A stretch of 63,240 nucleotides of DNA, filler included, from Octopus bimaculoides (taxonomy: Eukaryota), in assembly GCF_001194135.2 (NCBI RefSeq). It is 4 parts of 4 records of this genome, joined end to end, with 100 filler letters (N's around TTAATTAATTAA, not from the genome) between each part and the next. Parts side by side here need not be neighbours in the genome. Positions count along the whole stretch, not along the records: positions 5,692 to 33,817 come from NC_069009.1; positions 33,918 to 40,892 come from NC_068992.1; 2 more parts are not named here. The stretch is one strand, 5' to 3'. How positions within the stretch are numbered: position 1 is the stretch's first letter; every line of letters begins with the position of its first letter. Position numbers and translations under genes: made by a program. The notes beneath the pieces are model-generated. The model ran no database searches. It worked only from the letters and a program-made list of their open reading frames with translations, and was not told where the DNA came from. This document shows, piece by piece, positions 24,870 through 38,495 of this stretch.

Positions 24870-25240
24870 TCTTTTTACTCTTTTACTTGTTTCAGTCATT
24901 TGACTGTGGCCATGCTGGAGCACTGCCTTTAGTCGAGCAAATCAACCCCAGGACTTATTCTTTGTAAGCCTAGTACTTATTCTATCGGTCTCTTTTGCCG
25001 AACCGCTAAGTTACGGGGACGTAAACACACCAGAATTGGTTGTCAAGCGATGTTGGCGGGACAAACACATATATATATATACATATGCATATATATGATG
25101 GGCTTCTTTCAGTTTCTGTCTACCAAATCCACTCACAAGGCTTTGGTCGGCCTGAGGCTATAGTAGAAGACACTTGCCCAAGGTGCCACGCAGTGGGACT
25201 GAACCCGGAACCATGAGGTTGGTGAGCAAGCTACTTACCA
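24870..25240 (-). mobile_element. Near full-length tRNA-derived SINE (GGCACCTTGGGCAAGTGTC family)
   Basis: Closely similar to copies at 26835-27215 and 39650-40032. Confidence 0.85.
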
Positions 25241-25884
25241 TATATATANNNNNNNNNNNNNNNNNNNNNNNNNNNNNNNNNNNNNNNNNNNNNNNNNNNN
25301 NNNNNNNNNNNNNNNNNNNNNNNNNNNNNNNNNNNNNNNNNNNNNNNNNNNNNNNNNNNNNNNNNNNNNNNNNNNNNNNNNNNNNNNNNNNNNNNNNNNN
25401 NNNNNNNNNNNNNNNNNNNNNNNNNNNNNNNNNNNNNNNNNNNNNNNNNNNNNNNNNNNNNNNNNNNNNNNNNNNNNNNNNNNNNNNNNNNNNNNNNNNN
25501 NNNNNNNNNNNNNNNNNNNNNNNNNNNNNNNNNNNNNNNNNNNNNNNNNNNNNNNNNNNNNNNNNNNNNNNNNNNNNNNNNNNNNNNNNNNNNNNNNNNN
25601 NNNNNNNNNNNNNNNNNNNNNNNNNNNNNNNNNNNNNNNNNNNNNNNNNNNNNNNNNNNNNNNNNNNNNNNNNNNNNNNNNNNNNNNNNNNNNNNNNNNN
25701 NNNNNNNNNNNNNNNNNNNNNNNNNNNNNNNNNNNNNNNNNNNNNNNNNNNNNNNNNNNNNNNNNNNNNNNNNNNNNNNNNNNNNNNNNNNNNNNNNNNN
25801 NNNNNNNNNNNNNNNNNNNNNNNNNNNNNNNNNNNNNNNNNNNNNNNNNNNNNNNNNNNNNNNNNNNNNNNNNAATACGTTACT

Positions 25885-25956
25885 CGCCAGCCATGAGACT
25901 CGAACTCACATCTTTGTGATTACGCGTCAAATGTTTTACCATTAAACTAAACTGCC
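25885..25956 (-). pseudogene. tRNA-Thr(CGT)-like pseudogene or SINE head
   Basis: D arm GTTT/AAAC, T arm GTGAG-TTCGAGT-CTCAT, CGT at anticodon position; mismatches in acceptor and anticodon stems. Confidence 0.4.
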
Positions 25957-26089
25957 CAGCAATAAATGGATAATTTATCCTGATCACGCTATTTATAGCA
26001 TTATCACGCGTTTGAGAAATAAATTTATTTCTGTATCTTACAATACATCTCAACACTTCTGACCCTTTGAATTACAGACACAACAGAAA

Positions 26090-26285
26090 CAGGAAGTAAG
26101 AGTGAGAGAAAGTTGTGGTGAAAGAGTACAACAGGGTTCGTCACCATCCCCTGCCGGAGCCTTGTTCAACTTTAGGTGTTTTCACTCAATAAACACTCAC
26201 AACGCCCAGTCTGGGAATCGAAGCCATGATCCTATGACAGCGTGTCCACTGCCCTAACCACTGGGCCATTGCGCCTCCACCGTTC
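26090..26285 (-). mobile_element. tRNA-derived SINE (GTGGAGGCGCAATGGCCCAGTGGTTAG head)
   Basis: A box TGGCCCAGTGG and B box-like TTCGATTCCC on the minus strand. Confidence 0.65.
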
Positions 26286-26834
26286 ATAATGTACAAGTAT
26301 GCAATTATTATTATTTTCTTCAATTTTAGAAAAAATTGAGGAGTCTTGGACAATTCTGGAGCATATTGAGCTTATTTTGTGCATGACTTTTGGCCCACCC
26401 TCTACACACACATGCACACATTGACTAAAGTCATTCTGACCATGGCTCTCACCCCTTAATCTCCTGACGTATGACATCTAGGACCATATTGTTACACATA
26501 TGGACTTCCTTCTTTAAAGACGTTCTCTATGGTTTTGAAAATATTCACTATTATTTGCAGGTAGAGTAACTAAACCATGACCACCTTATTTGTATTCAGA
26601 ACTGGATTGTCCGGTTCTACATCTGATGAAATAGTCTTTTGTTTTTTTTTATTTATGACATTACAATGCAATTTGAGGAAGTCCTGGCTATATACATTTG
26701 GTTATAGAAATGTAGTTATAGTACATATGAGGCATAGCAGTGGGTGTGTAGTTCCAGGTTCATTCCCACTGCATGGCACTTTGGGCAAATGTCTTGTGAG
26801 TGGAGATATATATGTATATATATATATATTTATT

Positions 26835-27215
26835 CTTTTACTGGTTTCAGACATTTGACTGTGGCCATGCTGGAGCACCGCCTTTAGTCGAACAAATTGA
26901 CCCCAGGACTTATTCTTTGTAAGCCTAGTACTTATTCTGTAAGTCTCTCTTGCTTAACTGCTGCTAAGTTACGGGGACGTAAACACACCAACATCGGTTG
27001 TCAAAGCAATGGAGTGGGGACAAACACACACACACACACACACACAAATATATACATATACGACAGGCTTCTTTTAGTTTACACCTACCAAATCCACTCA
27101 CAAGGCTCTGGTTGGCCTGAGGCTATAGCAGAAGACACTTGCCCAAGGTGTCACAGTAGGACTGAACCTGGAGACCAAGTGGTTGGGAAGCAAGCTTCTT
27201 ACCACACAGCCACTC
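26835..27215 (-). mobile_element. Near full-length tRNA-derived SINE
   Basis: Same family as 24870-25240. Confidence 0.85.
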
Positions 27216-27639
27216 CTATATATATATATGTGTGTATATGTGCAGACATGGCAGTGTGATAAGAAGCTTGCTTACCCTTTTGGTTAGTTGCAACTGCTGT
27301 TTTTGTGTATAACACTTGCTTTTGGGCTGTCTTGGTGCTGCGACATTTTCCCTAGAGGGGCGCTGTGTGATGAGTTGTGAAAATTTGAATTCTTCTTCTT
27401 CAAACTTTGTGTTGTCTGAGGAAGAAATGGTAAAATGTTTGAAGAAAACTGACAAAGTAATGGAGATAAAGAATTATGCAGAGGTGACGAAAGAAAAAAA
27501 GCAAAGACGTGAGGCTGGAGGAATTGAGTAAATTCAAAGGAATGATTGGAAGGTAGGGGAATGAAGTGAATGTGTTCCCCGCAAAGAAGTTTTAAAAGAA
27601 AAAGAACGAGTAAACAATAATTTACAGAACAAACTCAGT

Positions 27640-28130
27640 AGCTATGAGGAAGACTGAAGTCATGTCAATGGCTCAAATGGAAAAGGCACTTAAACCAATC
27701 TGGCAGGGGATTTCCTGCCTTGCCAGAGGAAGAAAATTTGGAACAGTGGAGGGGCAGTTTCAGGAGATTGCTACCACCAGGCTGCACTCAGCAACACCAC
27801 TGAGAACTGATCAAGTGATGCTTCTACTTGTATACTTTGGGAGGCATGCTTCCAAGGTTAGGGTAGAAGACATATCCCCAGAAGTTGATGTGGCCTGGCT
27901 GGTGGTTGCCATACTGCTAGCATGTGAGGGAGATACAAACATGCAGGCATTGTTTGTCATGTCCCCTTTCACACCCATCAACCCTCTTTCTATTCAGTAA
28001 GCCAGTCATTCCTGAAAACATCATTTGCATAATTTGCCACACTTGCAGCCAACTACACCTGCTTCCACCACTGGAATCATCTATCAGACAGTTTTAACAG
28101 TTTATTGGCTACAAAGTGTTGGTGTTCTGC
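27640..28130 (+). mobile_element. Possible Penelope-like RT/endonuclease relic
   Basis: CRHCLSCP followed by a frameshifted YTCSTTGIIY-like motif, as precedes Penelope GIY-YIG domains. Confidence 0.35.
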
Positions 28131-28544
28131 CTCAACTACGACACCAATGTTTACCTTTACTTCCATTTCATAATTCAAATATGTTTGTTTATTGGTACGT
28201 TTGGATATATTTGTGCAGTGTTTGTTTTGTTATTGTCTGAAGAAATTGCTGTACTTTAGGTATTCTCATGTAAGTTAACTTGTAATGTTTGCAGTCATGT
28301 TCTTTTATGTATATAGGTGTAGTTGTGTAGTAAGATTCTTGCTTCTCCACCGCATGATTCCTAGTTCCGTCCCACTGCATGGCACCTTGGGCAAGTGTCT
28401 TCTACTATAGCTTTGGGCCAACCAAAGCCTTGTGAGTGGATTTGTTAGATGGAAACTGGTAGAAGCCTGTTGTGTATATGTGTGTCTTTGTCTTCCATCA
28501 CCAATTGACAACCAGTGTTGGTGTGTTTATATCCCCATAACTCA

Positions 28545-29832
28545 GGTTAGGTGGATTTCCGTGGTATAGAAGCTCTCATCCTGACCCTCAAAAAGTTCTC
28601 AACAGCAGATATGACTTCATCATCGGTCCGATACTGCTTCCCAACCAAGTGTTTTCTCATGTGGGGGAACAGAAAATGGTCAGATGGTGCCAAATCAGGA
28701 GAATATGGAGGGTGATCAACCAGTTCAAAGCCACAGTCATGCACAGCACCCATTGCAACCACAGACTTGTGTGCAGGAGCATTGTCCCCGTGAAGCAGGA
28801 CCCCCTTCATCAGTTTTCCAGGCTGTTTTCATTACCTTTCATAGCTGCCTCAGCAAGTTGGCATATAATATTCACCATTGGTAGTATGGCNNNNNNNNNN
28901 NNNNNNNNNNNNNNNNNNNNNNNNNNNNNNNNNNNNNNNNNNNNNNNNNNNNNNNNNNNNNNNNNNNNNNNNNNNNNNNNNNNNNNNNNNNNNNNNNNNN
29001 NNNNNNNNNNNNNNNNNNNNNNNNNNNNNNNNNNNNNNNNNNNNNNNNNNNNNNNNNNNNNNNNNNNNNNNNNNNNNNNNNNNNNNNNNNNNNNNNNNNN
29101 NNNNNNNNNNNNNNNNNNNNNNNNNNNNNNNNNNNNNNNNNNNNNNNNNNNNNNNNNNNNNNNNNNNNNNNNNNNNNNNNNNNNNNNNNNNNNNNNNNNN
29201 NNNNNNNNNNNNNNNNNNNNNNNNNNNNNNNNNNNNNNNNNNNNNNNNNNNNNNNNNNNNNNNNNNNNNNNNNNNNNNNNNNNNNNNNAAAGTTGTGGCA
29301 CCCACTGAGCTGAAACCTTCGACATGCCAGGTTCGTTATGCAGCATGTTCTCAACTCATTCACGGGAGATACCGACAGTATTAGCTATCTGATTAACATT
29401 TAAATGTCTGCCACCCATTACTGTGTGGTGAACATGGTCAACGTTTTCTTGGGTGGTGGCTGTGGCAGGACGTCCAAACCTTGGGTCATCTTCAAGACTT
29501 TCCCTACCTTTCTTGAATTCAGCTACCCACATTTGCACAGTTGGTAAAACTGGAGCATCATCTAATGTAGCAACTGTGTCAGCATGAATGACCTTGGGGG
29601 CTAACTCCTTTTTCTGCAGATATCTGATAACACCACGGTGCCAAATTTTATCCATTTTCACAAAATGTCTCTTGTACCATTTTTACAAGTCCTCAATTCT
29701 GATTCCAATGTGGGTTTTTCTGGAACGAAAAAATGGAGTTAGCATCAGTAAAGATTGCATTTAATGCATTTCAAGTTTAATTACTGTATGATAACTCCTT
29801 CTTAGTCAGCCTATGATATTTTCAGCCCGGGG
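28545..29832 (-). mobile_element. Mariner transposon spanning a sequence gap
   Basis: IWHRGVIRYLQKK..WVAEFKKGRESLEDDPRFGRP, KVSAQWVP, LLHGDNAPAH..HPPYSPDLAPSDHFLFP. Confidence 0.92.
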
Positions 29833-30338
29833 TCAATTTATTCAACTAAAATTCTTCAGGGTAGTGTCCCAGTACAGCTGCACTCTAATGACCAAAACAA
29901 GTAAAATAATATAAAAGAATATCTCTACAATACCTTTTCTTAAATGTTTCTCTTGATATAGTGTATAGTTAGGTTCTAGTTTGTTTGTTGTGTTTTGTGA
30001 GGAACCTATTACTGTGATTTTTGTGATTGGCAGGTAAATATTTTTATTCTCGTTCATGTCAATTTTCAGCAGTAACTTTGATGGTAACCAATAAGGTATC
30101 GTTGTTCTGTTCATTTAATATCGATAAAAATATATTTCTTAGTACAATATTGCATTAATGTGACACTTGTATACACACAAACCTGCTTGTATGTAATTGT
30201 TTACAGAAGAATTTACGATGTACTCTTGCTGGTCACTGTTGTACCCCTTAATATTCTGTACTCTAAACATGTCCATAATGAAATATTTTATTATAACTGA
30301 ATGTCATTGATGGAATGTGTTAATATTTTGTTCCACAG

Positions 30339-30478
30339 GTGTTGGTGGTGTCAAGAGAAAAAGACTACTGTCACAGTCTATCCATGTCAACATACTGTTT
30401 GTCAGAATTGCTGTTCTCAACTGACATTTAAGCAATGCCCCATATGTCGACAACACATGCTCAGCAAAAGTGGATTTG
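30339..30478 (+). CDS. RING-HC (C3HC4) finger exon of an unidentified E3 ligase
   Basis: tttgttccacag acceptor; CWWC-x12-CQH-x2-C-x2-C-x8-CPIC; strong donor G|GTAAGA at 30479, or read-through to TAA at 30493-30495. Confidence 0.8.
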
Positions 30479-31339
30479 GTAAGAACATTCTTTAATGATC
30501 TGTCTGTTGTCTCATTAACTTTCTGGTATGGAATAACACACTTAATATTGTGGTGGAGACCCAGATCTGCCATTATCTGGCATAAATCGGGTCTTTTCTT
30601 TGTGATAGTATATCTATCACTACATCCACTAAACATTGTCTTTATCCAATTAGAAGAGTGATGACACTTCAAAAAGATTGTGCTTTGCAACATATGACTA
30701 ACGAATGATAATGTAAGATGAATGGTAATTAAACTGAAATATCACTAAATCTCCAATGTTCTATTTGTAAACCTTTTACTTTCAATTGTGAGTGATTAGA
30801 GGTGGTTAATGATTTATCAGTATCATGGAGAGCTGATAATTAAAGACAATGTTACTTACAAGAACATCAGAGTCAGCTTTGGTAAAGTAGGAGATTCAAG
30901 GATAAAATCTCAACTGAGAGTTTAAGGACCAACTTTATAGAGTTTGACGGTTAAACCAATCAGNNNNNNNNNNNNNNNNNNNNNNNNNNNNNNNNNNNNN
31001 NNNNNNNNNNNNNNNNNNNNNNNNNNNNNNNNNNNNNNNNNNNNNNNNNNNNNNNNNNNNNNNNNNNNNNNNNNNNNNNNNNNNNNTATAAGAATATTGA
31101 ACAATAAATTACTTTCATTCAATACTAAATCAGTATTGAACTGTGAACATGTGTTTAGATTTAAACAAAGTATTGGTGCTAGCATAAGAGATAGAAACAA
31201 AACAGGAGTTCCCAGTGTGACTCAAACGCACAAATCCTTGTTGATAAATATATACAACCTTGGCCAAAATTATAGAGCATTATTGAAACTCATTTACTTA
31301 ATTATTGAAACCAGTCTAATAAACATTCTAGAGTTGATC

Positions 31340-33058
31340 CCATCATTAATTAGTATTTGATGTGTCCTCCTTTTGCTTTTATGCATTTTTGCATACTTGA
31401 GATTAAATTGGCACAAGTGGCTGGGTCAATTTTTCTGCCACTCTCCATGAATTTTGGTTTCTAATTCGCATTTTGAAGACCATTTTTGCACCCTCACTGT
31501 TCTACCTAAGGGTCACCACATGTTCAATAGGATTGGGGTCTGGAAACTAAGGAGGCCATTTCATCATCCTCATCTCTTTCTTCACACCAACCCATTGAGA
31601 CTCTGGATGTGTGGCATGCAGAAATATTTTGTTGAATGATTATGCCATCTGGGGTGTTATCATTGAAGATTTTAGCTAAAGAAGGTTGATAAACTTGATC
31701 TAACATGTTGGTGTAAGTGTTGGCATTCATTCTGCCCTTACAAGTGAACAACATTCCAGACCCTTAAGACAACATGCAACCCCAAACAATTACATTTCCC
31801 AATCCAAATTTGACTGTTGGGACCACACATCCAGGATGATAAACCTCCCCTACTCTATGGTGGACATAAACAGCTCCTGGATTTCCAAAGATCTGAATAT
31901 AATCAAAAAAATTACTGATCATTTTTGGTATCCAATACAAAATTGGTAAAAGAATTTCAATTATGCCTAGTAAAATGGTTGAAATGAATGTGGAGAACAT
32001 ATATCAAAGTTACTTTGATCAGACCAAACAACTTCATCATCAGTAGTTCAATCTTCATGCTCTTTTGCCCAACACAATTGCTTCTTCATGTTCCCCTCAG
32101 ACAGTAACAGCATCTTTTTTGGCCTTACATCCTTTGAATCCAGCTTCTAATAATCTTCTTCTTCTCATTGTGTGAATTGATATATCTTTGTTTGTTGCCA
32201 CCCAAAACTCACCAGCTACGTCAAAAGAGGTGTTTTTCCTATCCACCAGTGATGTCCTCTTCAGTAACCTGTCTTCCCTTGTGGCTGTACACGTTTTGCA
32301 ACCTCGTCCTTTACAATTTATGAAANNNNNNNNNNNNNNNNNNNNNNNNNNNNNNNNNNNNNNNNNNNNNNNNNNNNNNNNNNNNNNNNNNNNNNNNNNN
32401 NNNNNNNNNNNNNNNNNNNNNNNNNNNNNNNNNNNNNNNNNNNNNNNNNNNNNNNNNNNNNNNNNNNNNNNNNNNNNNNNNNNNNNNNNNNNNNNNNNNN
32501 NNNNNNNNNNNNNNNNNNNNNNNNNNNNNNNNNNNNNNNNNNNNNNNNNNNNNNNNNNNNNNNNNNNNNNNNNNNNNNNNNNNNNNNNNNNNNNNNNNNN
32601 NNNNNNNNNNNNNNNNNNNNNNNNNNNNNNNNNNNNNNNNNNNATTAACGACTGATAAGTTATCAATAAGATATTCAATGAAAAAATAGGAAATAACATT
32701 AGTGTCACAAAATGAATGGCTGAAAATTGACCCAGCCATTTCACCAACACTAATTAGATGTAATTTATAAAACATTGTAGAGGCATTTTCAATTAGTTGA
32801 TCTCAATTATCATTAGTGACAAAAGTGGTAGAGTAGTTGTGGTGGAGTGGGGGAGTGAGTAGTGTTACACATATTCCTTGTAATGTTGTTTTTGTATTAA
32901 TTACAACATCAGAAAGACAGTTTGTGTCAGTCAAACCCTTGTACAGAGGTGTAAATTGTGTGTCCTCAAATTTGTTTGTAACTGGGTTTTTACCCCATTG
33001 CAATGTAGCAGTTTCATATAGGGGTCATTAAATGGGTGAGGAAACTTTGATTGATGTC
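31340..33058 (-). mobile_element. Decayed Tc1-family transposon spanning a gap
   Basis: EDRLLKRTSLVDRK, RRRLLEAG, PTVKFG.GNVIVWGC, IIIQQ..SACHTSR on the minus strand. Confidence 0.85.
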
Positions 33059-33917
33059 TAGAAGAAGGTTGTGAGAGATATCCTAGATTCTTGAGAAGCA
33101 GTTCTTTTGTGCCTTTTCAGATATTTGCCCTGCAAATTATATGGATGAACAGTTATATGTAGTTAATGAGGTTTTTATGCAAGTGTAGAGTGTTTGAGGA
33201 CACCTGTTATCATTTTTCTGTTCCGCCTGTGTAGACATGTTGTTCCTTGTGGGGATATATACCCAGAATGTCTCTGGTTAGAATATATATTTTAGATATA
33301 AACTAAAAGCAAAATAATATTAAATCTGTTTAAAGATATTGATATTCAAATTACTTTTGTTAAATTGAGTATTGAACTCTGAACATGTTTACATTTAAAC
33401 AAAGTATTGGTAGTAACATAAAATATACAGATAGTAATAAAATATGTGTTCCAGTGAGATTTGAACATGCAACTCCTTGTTCCTAACTATATATGATTAA
33501 CACTTGTTATAATGTTTGCCATCCTTTTCGACATTTTATACTCACACTTGTTAGTTTTTTAGATGAGATTAATGCTAAAAGAAGCATTGTTTTCTGATTC
33601 TTTCACTTCACCTTTTGATTTTACTTTTGAGTTGATTAGTTTTAATTAGAACACGAAGCCTGGTCATTGCTCCAAGATATTATCAGAAAGTTCACGGACT
33701 AGTTCTATAGCGTGCCGACAGATGGCAGCATATGGTTGCATGCACAATGTGAGCTAGCAAATCGCAAAAGATTCTTGCCTCGCTTCACAGAAAACGGCTT
33801 TCAGGACACATTCCAAANNNNNNNNNNNNNNNNNNNNNNNNNNNNNNNNNNNNNNNNNNNNTTAATTAATTAANNNNNNNNNNNNNNNNNNNNNNNNNNN
33901 NNNNNNNNNNNNNNNNN

Positions 33918-33961
<44 letters not shown>

Positions 33962-34414
33962 ACATGAATTGAAATAAGAATAGTAATAAACGAGTGAAGA
34001 ACAAATATATAGTGCGTGTGTTTATTTGACAAAAAAATGACCGTTCCCAAATACAACAATAACTGTTTCAACACACAATTTCACAAATATTTTATAAGCA
34101 ACACAAATATTTTATAAGTTTAAAACCTATCAGCGGTCACTGTGCATTGACTAAGGTAAATAGTCTAATATTGGGGCACATAGTCCATGGACGGAAAAAG
34201 AGTAGGGACATGAACCCACACCTTTATCTATTCGCGACAGCCATGAGTATGGCAAACACTACTTTTTTCCGTTGAGGGCTTATATACTCCAACATTAGAC
34301 TATTTATCTTAGTCAATGCACGTTGACCGCTTATTAGCTTTAAGCTTATAAAATATTATAAGTTAGAATAAGAACAATAAGAAAATAATAAACGAGTAAA
34401 GAACAAATATATAG

Positions 34415-34547
34415 TGCATTATTTACATTATTTACATTTAACGGATATTTGTCCTCATCTTGTTTATTGCTAACACGACATTTCGGCTGACTTACCCTCC
34501 AGCATTTATCAGGTGTCTTGGAGAAATTTCGAACCTGGGTTCTCATT

Positions 34548-34550
<3 letters not shown>
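34415..34550 (-). mobile_element. Penelope-like terminal repeat with degenerate hammerhead (34472-34517)
   Basis: GACAC CUGAUAA AUGCUG..CAGCC GAAA UG UC GUGUU: core G8 to A and stem II defect. Homologous to 55080-55225. Confidence 0.7.
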
Positions 34551-34613
<63 letters not shown>

Positions 34614-34619
34614 ACACAC

Positions 34620-34846
34620 ACACAGATAGAGAAATTAAGGCAAATAGACCAGATATAGTTGTCAAAGATCATGAAGAAAAAAAATGCTTTCTAATTGATG
34701 TATCAATACCATCAGATGACAACGTTTCCCTAAAAGAAATGAAAAAACTTTCAAAATACAAAGACCTGGAAATAGAGGTAACTCGAATGTGGAATCTAAA
34801 AACAGAAACAATTCCTATCATAGTAGGTGCCTTAGGTATAATAACN
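34620..34846 (+). mobile_element. R4/Dong-type non-LTR retrotransposon, restriction-like endonuclease fragment
   Basis: ANRPDIVVKDHEEKKCFLIDVSIPSD..KKLSKYKDL..IPIIVGALG; preceded by (TAA)n and a short CA tract. Confidence 0.88.
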
Positions 34847-35344
34847 NNNNNNNNNNNNNNNNNNNNNNNNNNNNNNNNNNNNNNNNNNNNNNNNNNNNNN
34901 NNNNNNNNNNNNNNNNNNNNNNNNNNNNNNNNNNNNNNNNNNNNNNNNNNNNNNNNNNNNNNNNNNNNNNNNNNNNNNNNNNNNNNNNNNNNNNNNNNNN
35001 NNNNNNNNNNNNNNNNNNNNNNNNNNNNNNNNNNNNNNNNNNNNNNNNNNNNNNNNNNNNNNNNNNNNNNNNNNNNNNNNNNNNNNNNNNNNNNNNNNNN
35101 NNNNNNNNNNNNNNNNNNNNNNNNNNNNNNNNNNNNNNNNNNNNNNNNNNNNNNNNNNNNNNNNNNNNNNNNNNNNNNNNNNNNNNNNNNNNNNNNNNNN
35201 NNNNNNNNNNNNNNNNNNNNNNNNNNNNNNNNNNNNNNNNNNNNNNNNNNNNNNNNNNNNNNNNNNNNNNNNNNNNNNNNNNNNNNNNNNNNNNNNNNNN
35301 NNNNNNNNNNNNNNNNNNNNNNNNNNNNNNNCAGCATTATTATT

Positions 35345-35774
35345 ATTATTATTCAGTAGTTTTATTTTTATAAAGTGCTTTCACTTCACTACCGAACGCA
35401 GCTCTGTGTGCCTTGGGTATGTGCTGTGGTTTGCTGTGATGCTCTTATGGTTACTGTATTGAAAGTGTTTTGCGTAGGATGTGTGCAGTGCCCAGTAGTG
35501 CAATTTTCTGTATGTCATATATACTTTTCAGTCCTGGTGTTTTTGCTGTGTATTTGTCTGAATAATTTTTTATCATACCTAATGCGCCCACTATGATAGA
35601 GATTTTTTCTGATTTTAGACTGCACATTCGAGTTACCTCTACTTCCAGGTCTTTGTATTTTGAAAGTTTCTCCACATCTTTTAGAGAAACGTTGTCATCT
35701 GTTGGTATTGATACATTGAGTAGAAGGCATTTTTTTCCTTCATGATCTTTGACAACTATATCTGGTCTATTGGC

Positions 35775-35780
<6 letters not shown>
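35345..35780 (-). mobile_element. R4/Dong-type 3' end (RLE C-terminus, stop, 3' UTR) embedded in (TAA)n
   Basis: ANRPDIVVKD..KLSKYKDL..IIVGALG..IQKIALLGTAHILRKTLSIQ*; TAA repeats on both sides on the element strand. Confidence 0.9.
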
Positions 35781-35846
<66 letters not shown>

Positions 35847-36247
35847 TATTATTATTATTATTATTATTTCATGTTTGACTTTTGCTTTGCATTTGTACAA
35901 GTTGGGTCCAAGTCTCACTCAGAGACCTCATGAGACAACAAGTTAGAAGTTCATGTAGGTGTTATGCCTAGGGTACCATATATTTGGATTTGTACATAGT
36001 GTTGTTCTAGAGAATGTTTAAGAAACCATAAGAAAATTATGTGTTTGTTTTAAAATTCGAGATCACATGAAGTCTTTNNNNNNNNNNNNNNNNNNNNNNN
36101 NNNNNNNNNNNNNNNNNNNNNNNNNNNNNNNNNNNNNNNNNNNNNNNNNNNNNNNNNNNNNNNNNNNNNNNNNNNNNNNNNNNNNNNNNNNNNNNNNNNN
36201 NNNNNNNNNNNNNNNNNNNNNNNNNNNNNNNNNNNNNNNNNNNNNNN

Positions 36248-36336
<89 letters not shown>

Positions 36337-36759
36337 CATTGAGAGAGAGCAATGCATGCCATCAAAATGACACTATGGTAAAATATGTGAAGCCCTACCC
36401 GTCTGATAAGGCTACACCAGGCATATGCATCACACCCATATGTGTGCGACACGATGATCTCATATCAAGATAAACAGTGCATGAGCTTGCAGGTGGGACC
36501 CAGTTAGAATTTTCTTGAGGTTGAGTAGCCCAACGAGCAGCGGATTGTTGTGGTTTAGAGTGTTAATGGTATGTCGGTGAGAAAATGTTTGCAATTTAGC
36601 CAAGTGGTTTTCTTTTGATAGTAGTTTAGGATGTGTGTGTGTATACATGCATGTGTATGTGCGTGTGAACTTGTGTACGTGCGTGTGCGTGCGTGTGCGT
36701 GTGCGTGCGTGTGCGTGTGTGCGTCTGCGTACTTGCAGTACCGTTCCAGATATGTAAGG

Positions 36760-36927
36760 CTTACTCCAATACGTGCTCTAATTCAATGCGAGTCCTATTT
36801 CAATGTGGGTCCTATTTTAATATGAGCCCTGCTCCAATACGAGTTCTATTTCACTGTGAGCCCTATTCTAATGCCGACCCTACTCTAAAGCAATTCCTGC
36901 TCCATTGTGAACCCTACTCCAATGTGG
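36760..36927. repeat. Degenerate 17-bp minisatellite (~10 units)
   Basis: Units cctatttcaatgtgggt, cctattttaatatgagc, cctgctccaatacgagt, tctatttcactgtgagc etc. Confidence 0.75.
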
Positions 36928-37059
36928 CTATCACTAGGGTACATTGAGGGGTCTAAAATTGATTCCTTTTCAAATATTTTCTGATCTTAAAAAAAAAATG
37001 GAATCCCGGTGTTTAAGATGTAATAAAATGATTTCAAATTTTTTGCCACAAGAACAGCT

Positions 37060-37240
37060 TGGTGGAAGGGATTAAGTCGATTACGTCGACCCCAGTGCAT
37101 ATCTGGTACTTATTTAACCGACCCCGAAAAGATGAAAAGCAAAGTCGACTTCGGCGAATTTGAACTCAGAACGTAGCGACGGGCGAAATACCGCTAAGTA
37201 TTTCGTCCCGTGTGCTAACGACTCTGCCAGTTCGCTGCCT
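37060..37240 (-). mobile_element. tRNA-derived SINE (same family as the 12.8-18.3 kb chain)
   Basis: Reverse complement of head, B box and core; further copies at 40110-40255 (-), 40520-40660 and 40685-40825 (+). Confidence 0.8.
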
Positions 37241-37399
37241 TAGATGTAATATGATATAAATGTGATATCAGTAATAGAAAAATATTTCTTTAATAAGAAA
37301 GTCCCAAACGAGGTGAGAAGTCAGTGTAAGGGACTATGAGGGAGAAATTAAAACGAAAGGAATGAATTTATTTTAGACTTGAAAGAGTCCAGATCATAT

Positions 37400-38220
37400 G
37401 AAGGAGGAAAACATAGAGATGGAAGAGAGTTCTAAGTTCATGGAGAAAAGCTGCAGCCACTGAAGAAAGACTTCCTGATTTGTGTAAGTATAACAACGTT
37501 TAGATGAAGATGCTGTGAGTTCGAGTCAGGTGAGTGGTATAAAGTGATCTGGAAGTAAGAGAGAAAGTTAATCAGAACACTTCCTGTGGTAGTAACGATA
37601 GGAAAAGTCTAAGGCTGGCAACGTCGCATCGATGTGGCAAGGGTTGTAGAGTTGAAGCAAGAGAGGAACCAGTGAAATTAGGAAGTCGCTTCGGAATTTG
37701 GTCGAAGAGACCCGAGTGACAAGATGATGCTCCTGCCAAAATAAGACAACAATAAGACACCTGCCAAAATATGACATAAAAGGACGAATTGTAGACTAGT
37801 AAAGATAGAAAATGGCCTCAGATATGAGGTAGATATTTGACCTACGCACTCATCCAACGTTACGAGAAGCAGATCTACCAATTGACTGTATGTAAGAACC
37901 CCAAGAAAGACCAGGTGGGCAAGTAAAACCAAAGAGTTTCAAAGAAGACCTTTCCTCAAGTGATTTAACTGTTTCATCATGTGATACTTCTGACCTGTAA
38001 CTCATGCAAATGGGAAGAAGATAAAGATCCCGCTTCGTGCTGAGAGACAAGAGCTTGGTCTTGCCAAAGTTGAAAGTTTCTGTTATAATGTAATTATAAT
38101 ATGATGTGATTATAATATTATAATATAATATTATAAGCGTGAGATCACCAATAGAAATAGAAATGCGATTATAATATAAATGTGAAGTCACCAATAAAAC
38201 TCACTGCAGACTAGAAGTAG
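37400..38220 (-). mobile_element. CR1/L2/Jockey-group LINE 3' fragment
   Basis: LSWGSYIQSIGRSAS, YCC.ILAGA, LASTLQPLPHRCDVASL, FYRYYHRKCS-like motifs across frameshifts. Confidence 0.8.
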
Positions 38221-38463
38221 TTGTTGGCATGCTGGAAATAACAGCTAAACCTGCATTAAATTCCATACATTCACTCTATTGGCTTAAACACTGGATAATG
38301 TTTCATTAGGTACACTGTGCCTAGGGAAGGGGAAAGACGTGATGGGTGTTAGAGGAGTGTCATTATTCATAAGGTTTACTGAATTAGAGACGACTTCGGG
38401 TTAACCGTCACCACCTCGACGAGAACGACAACGACACCGACGACGCCGACGCCGACACCGACC

Positions 38464-38495
<32 letters not shown>

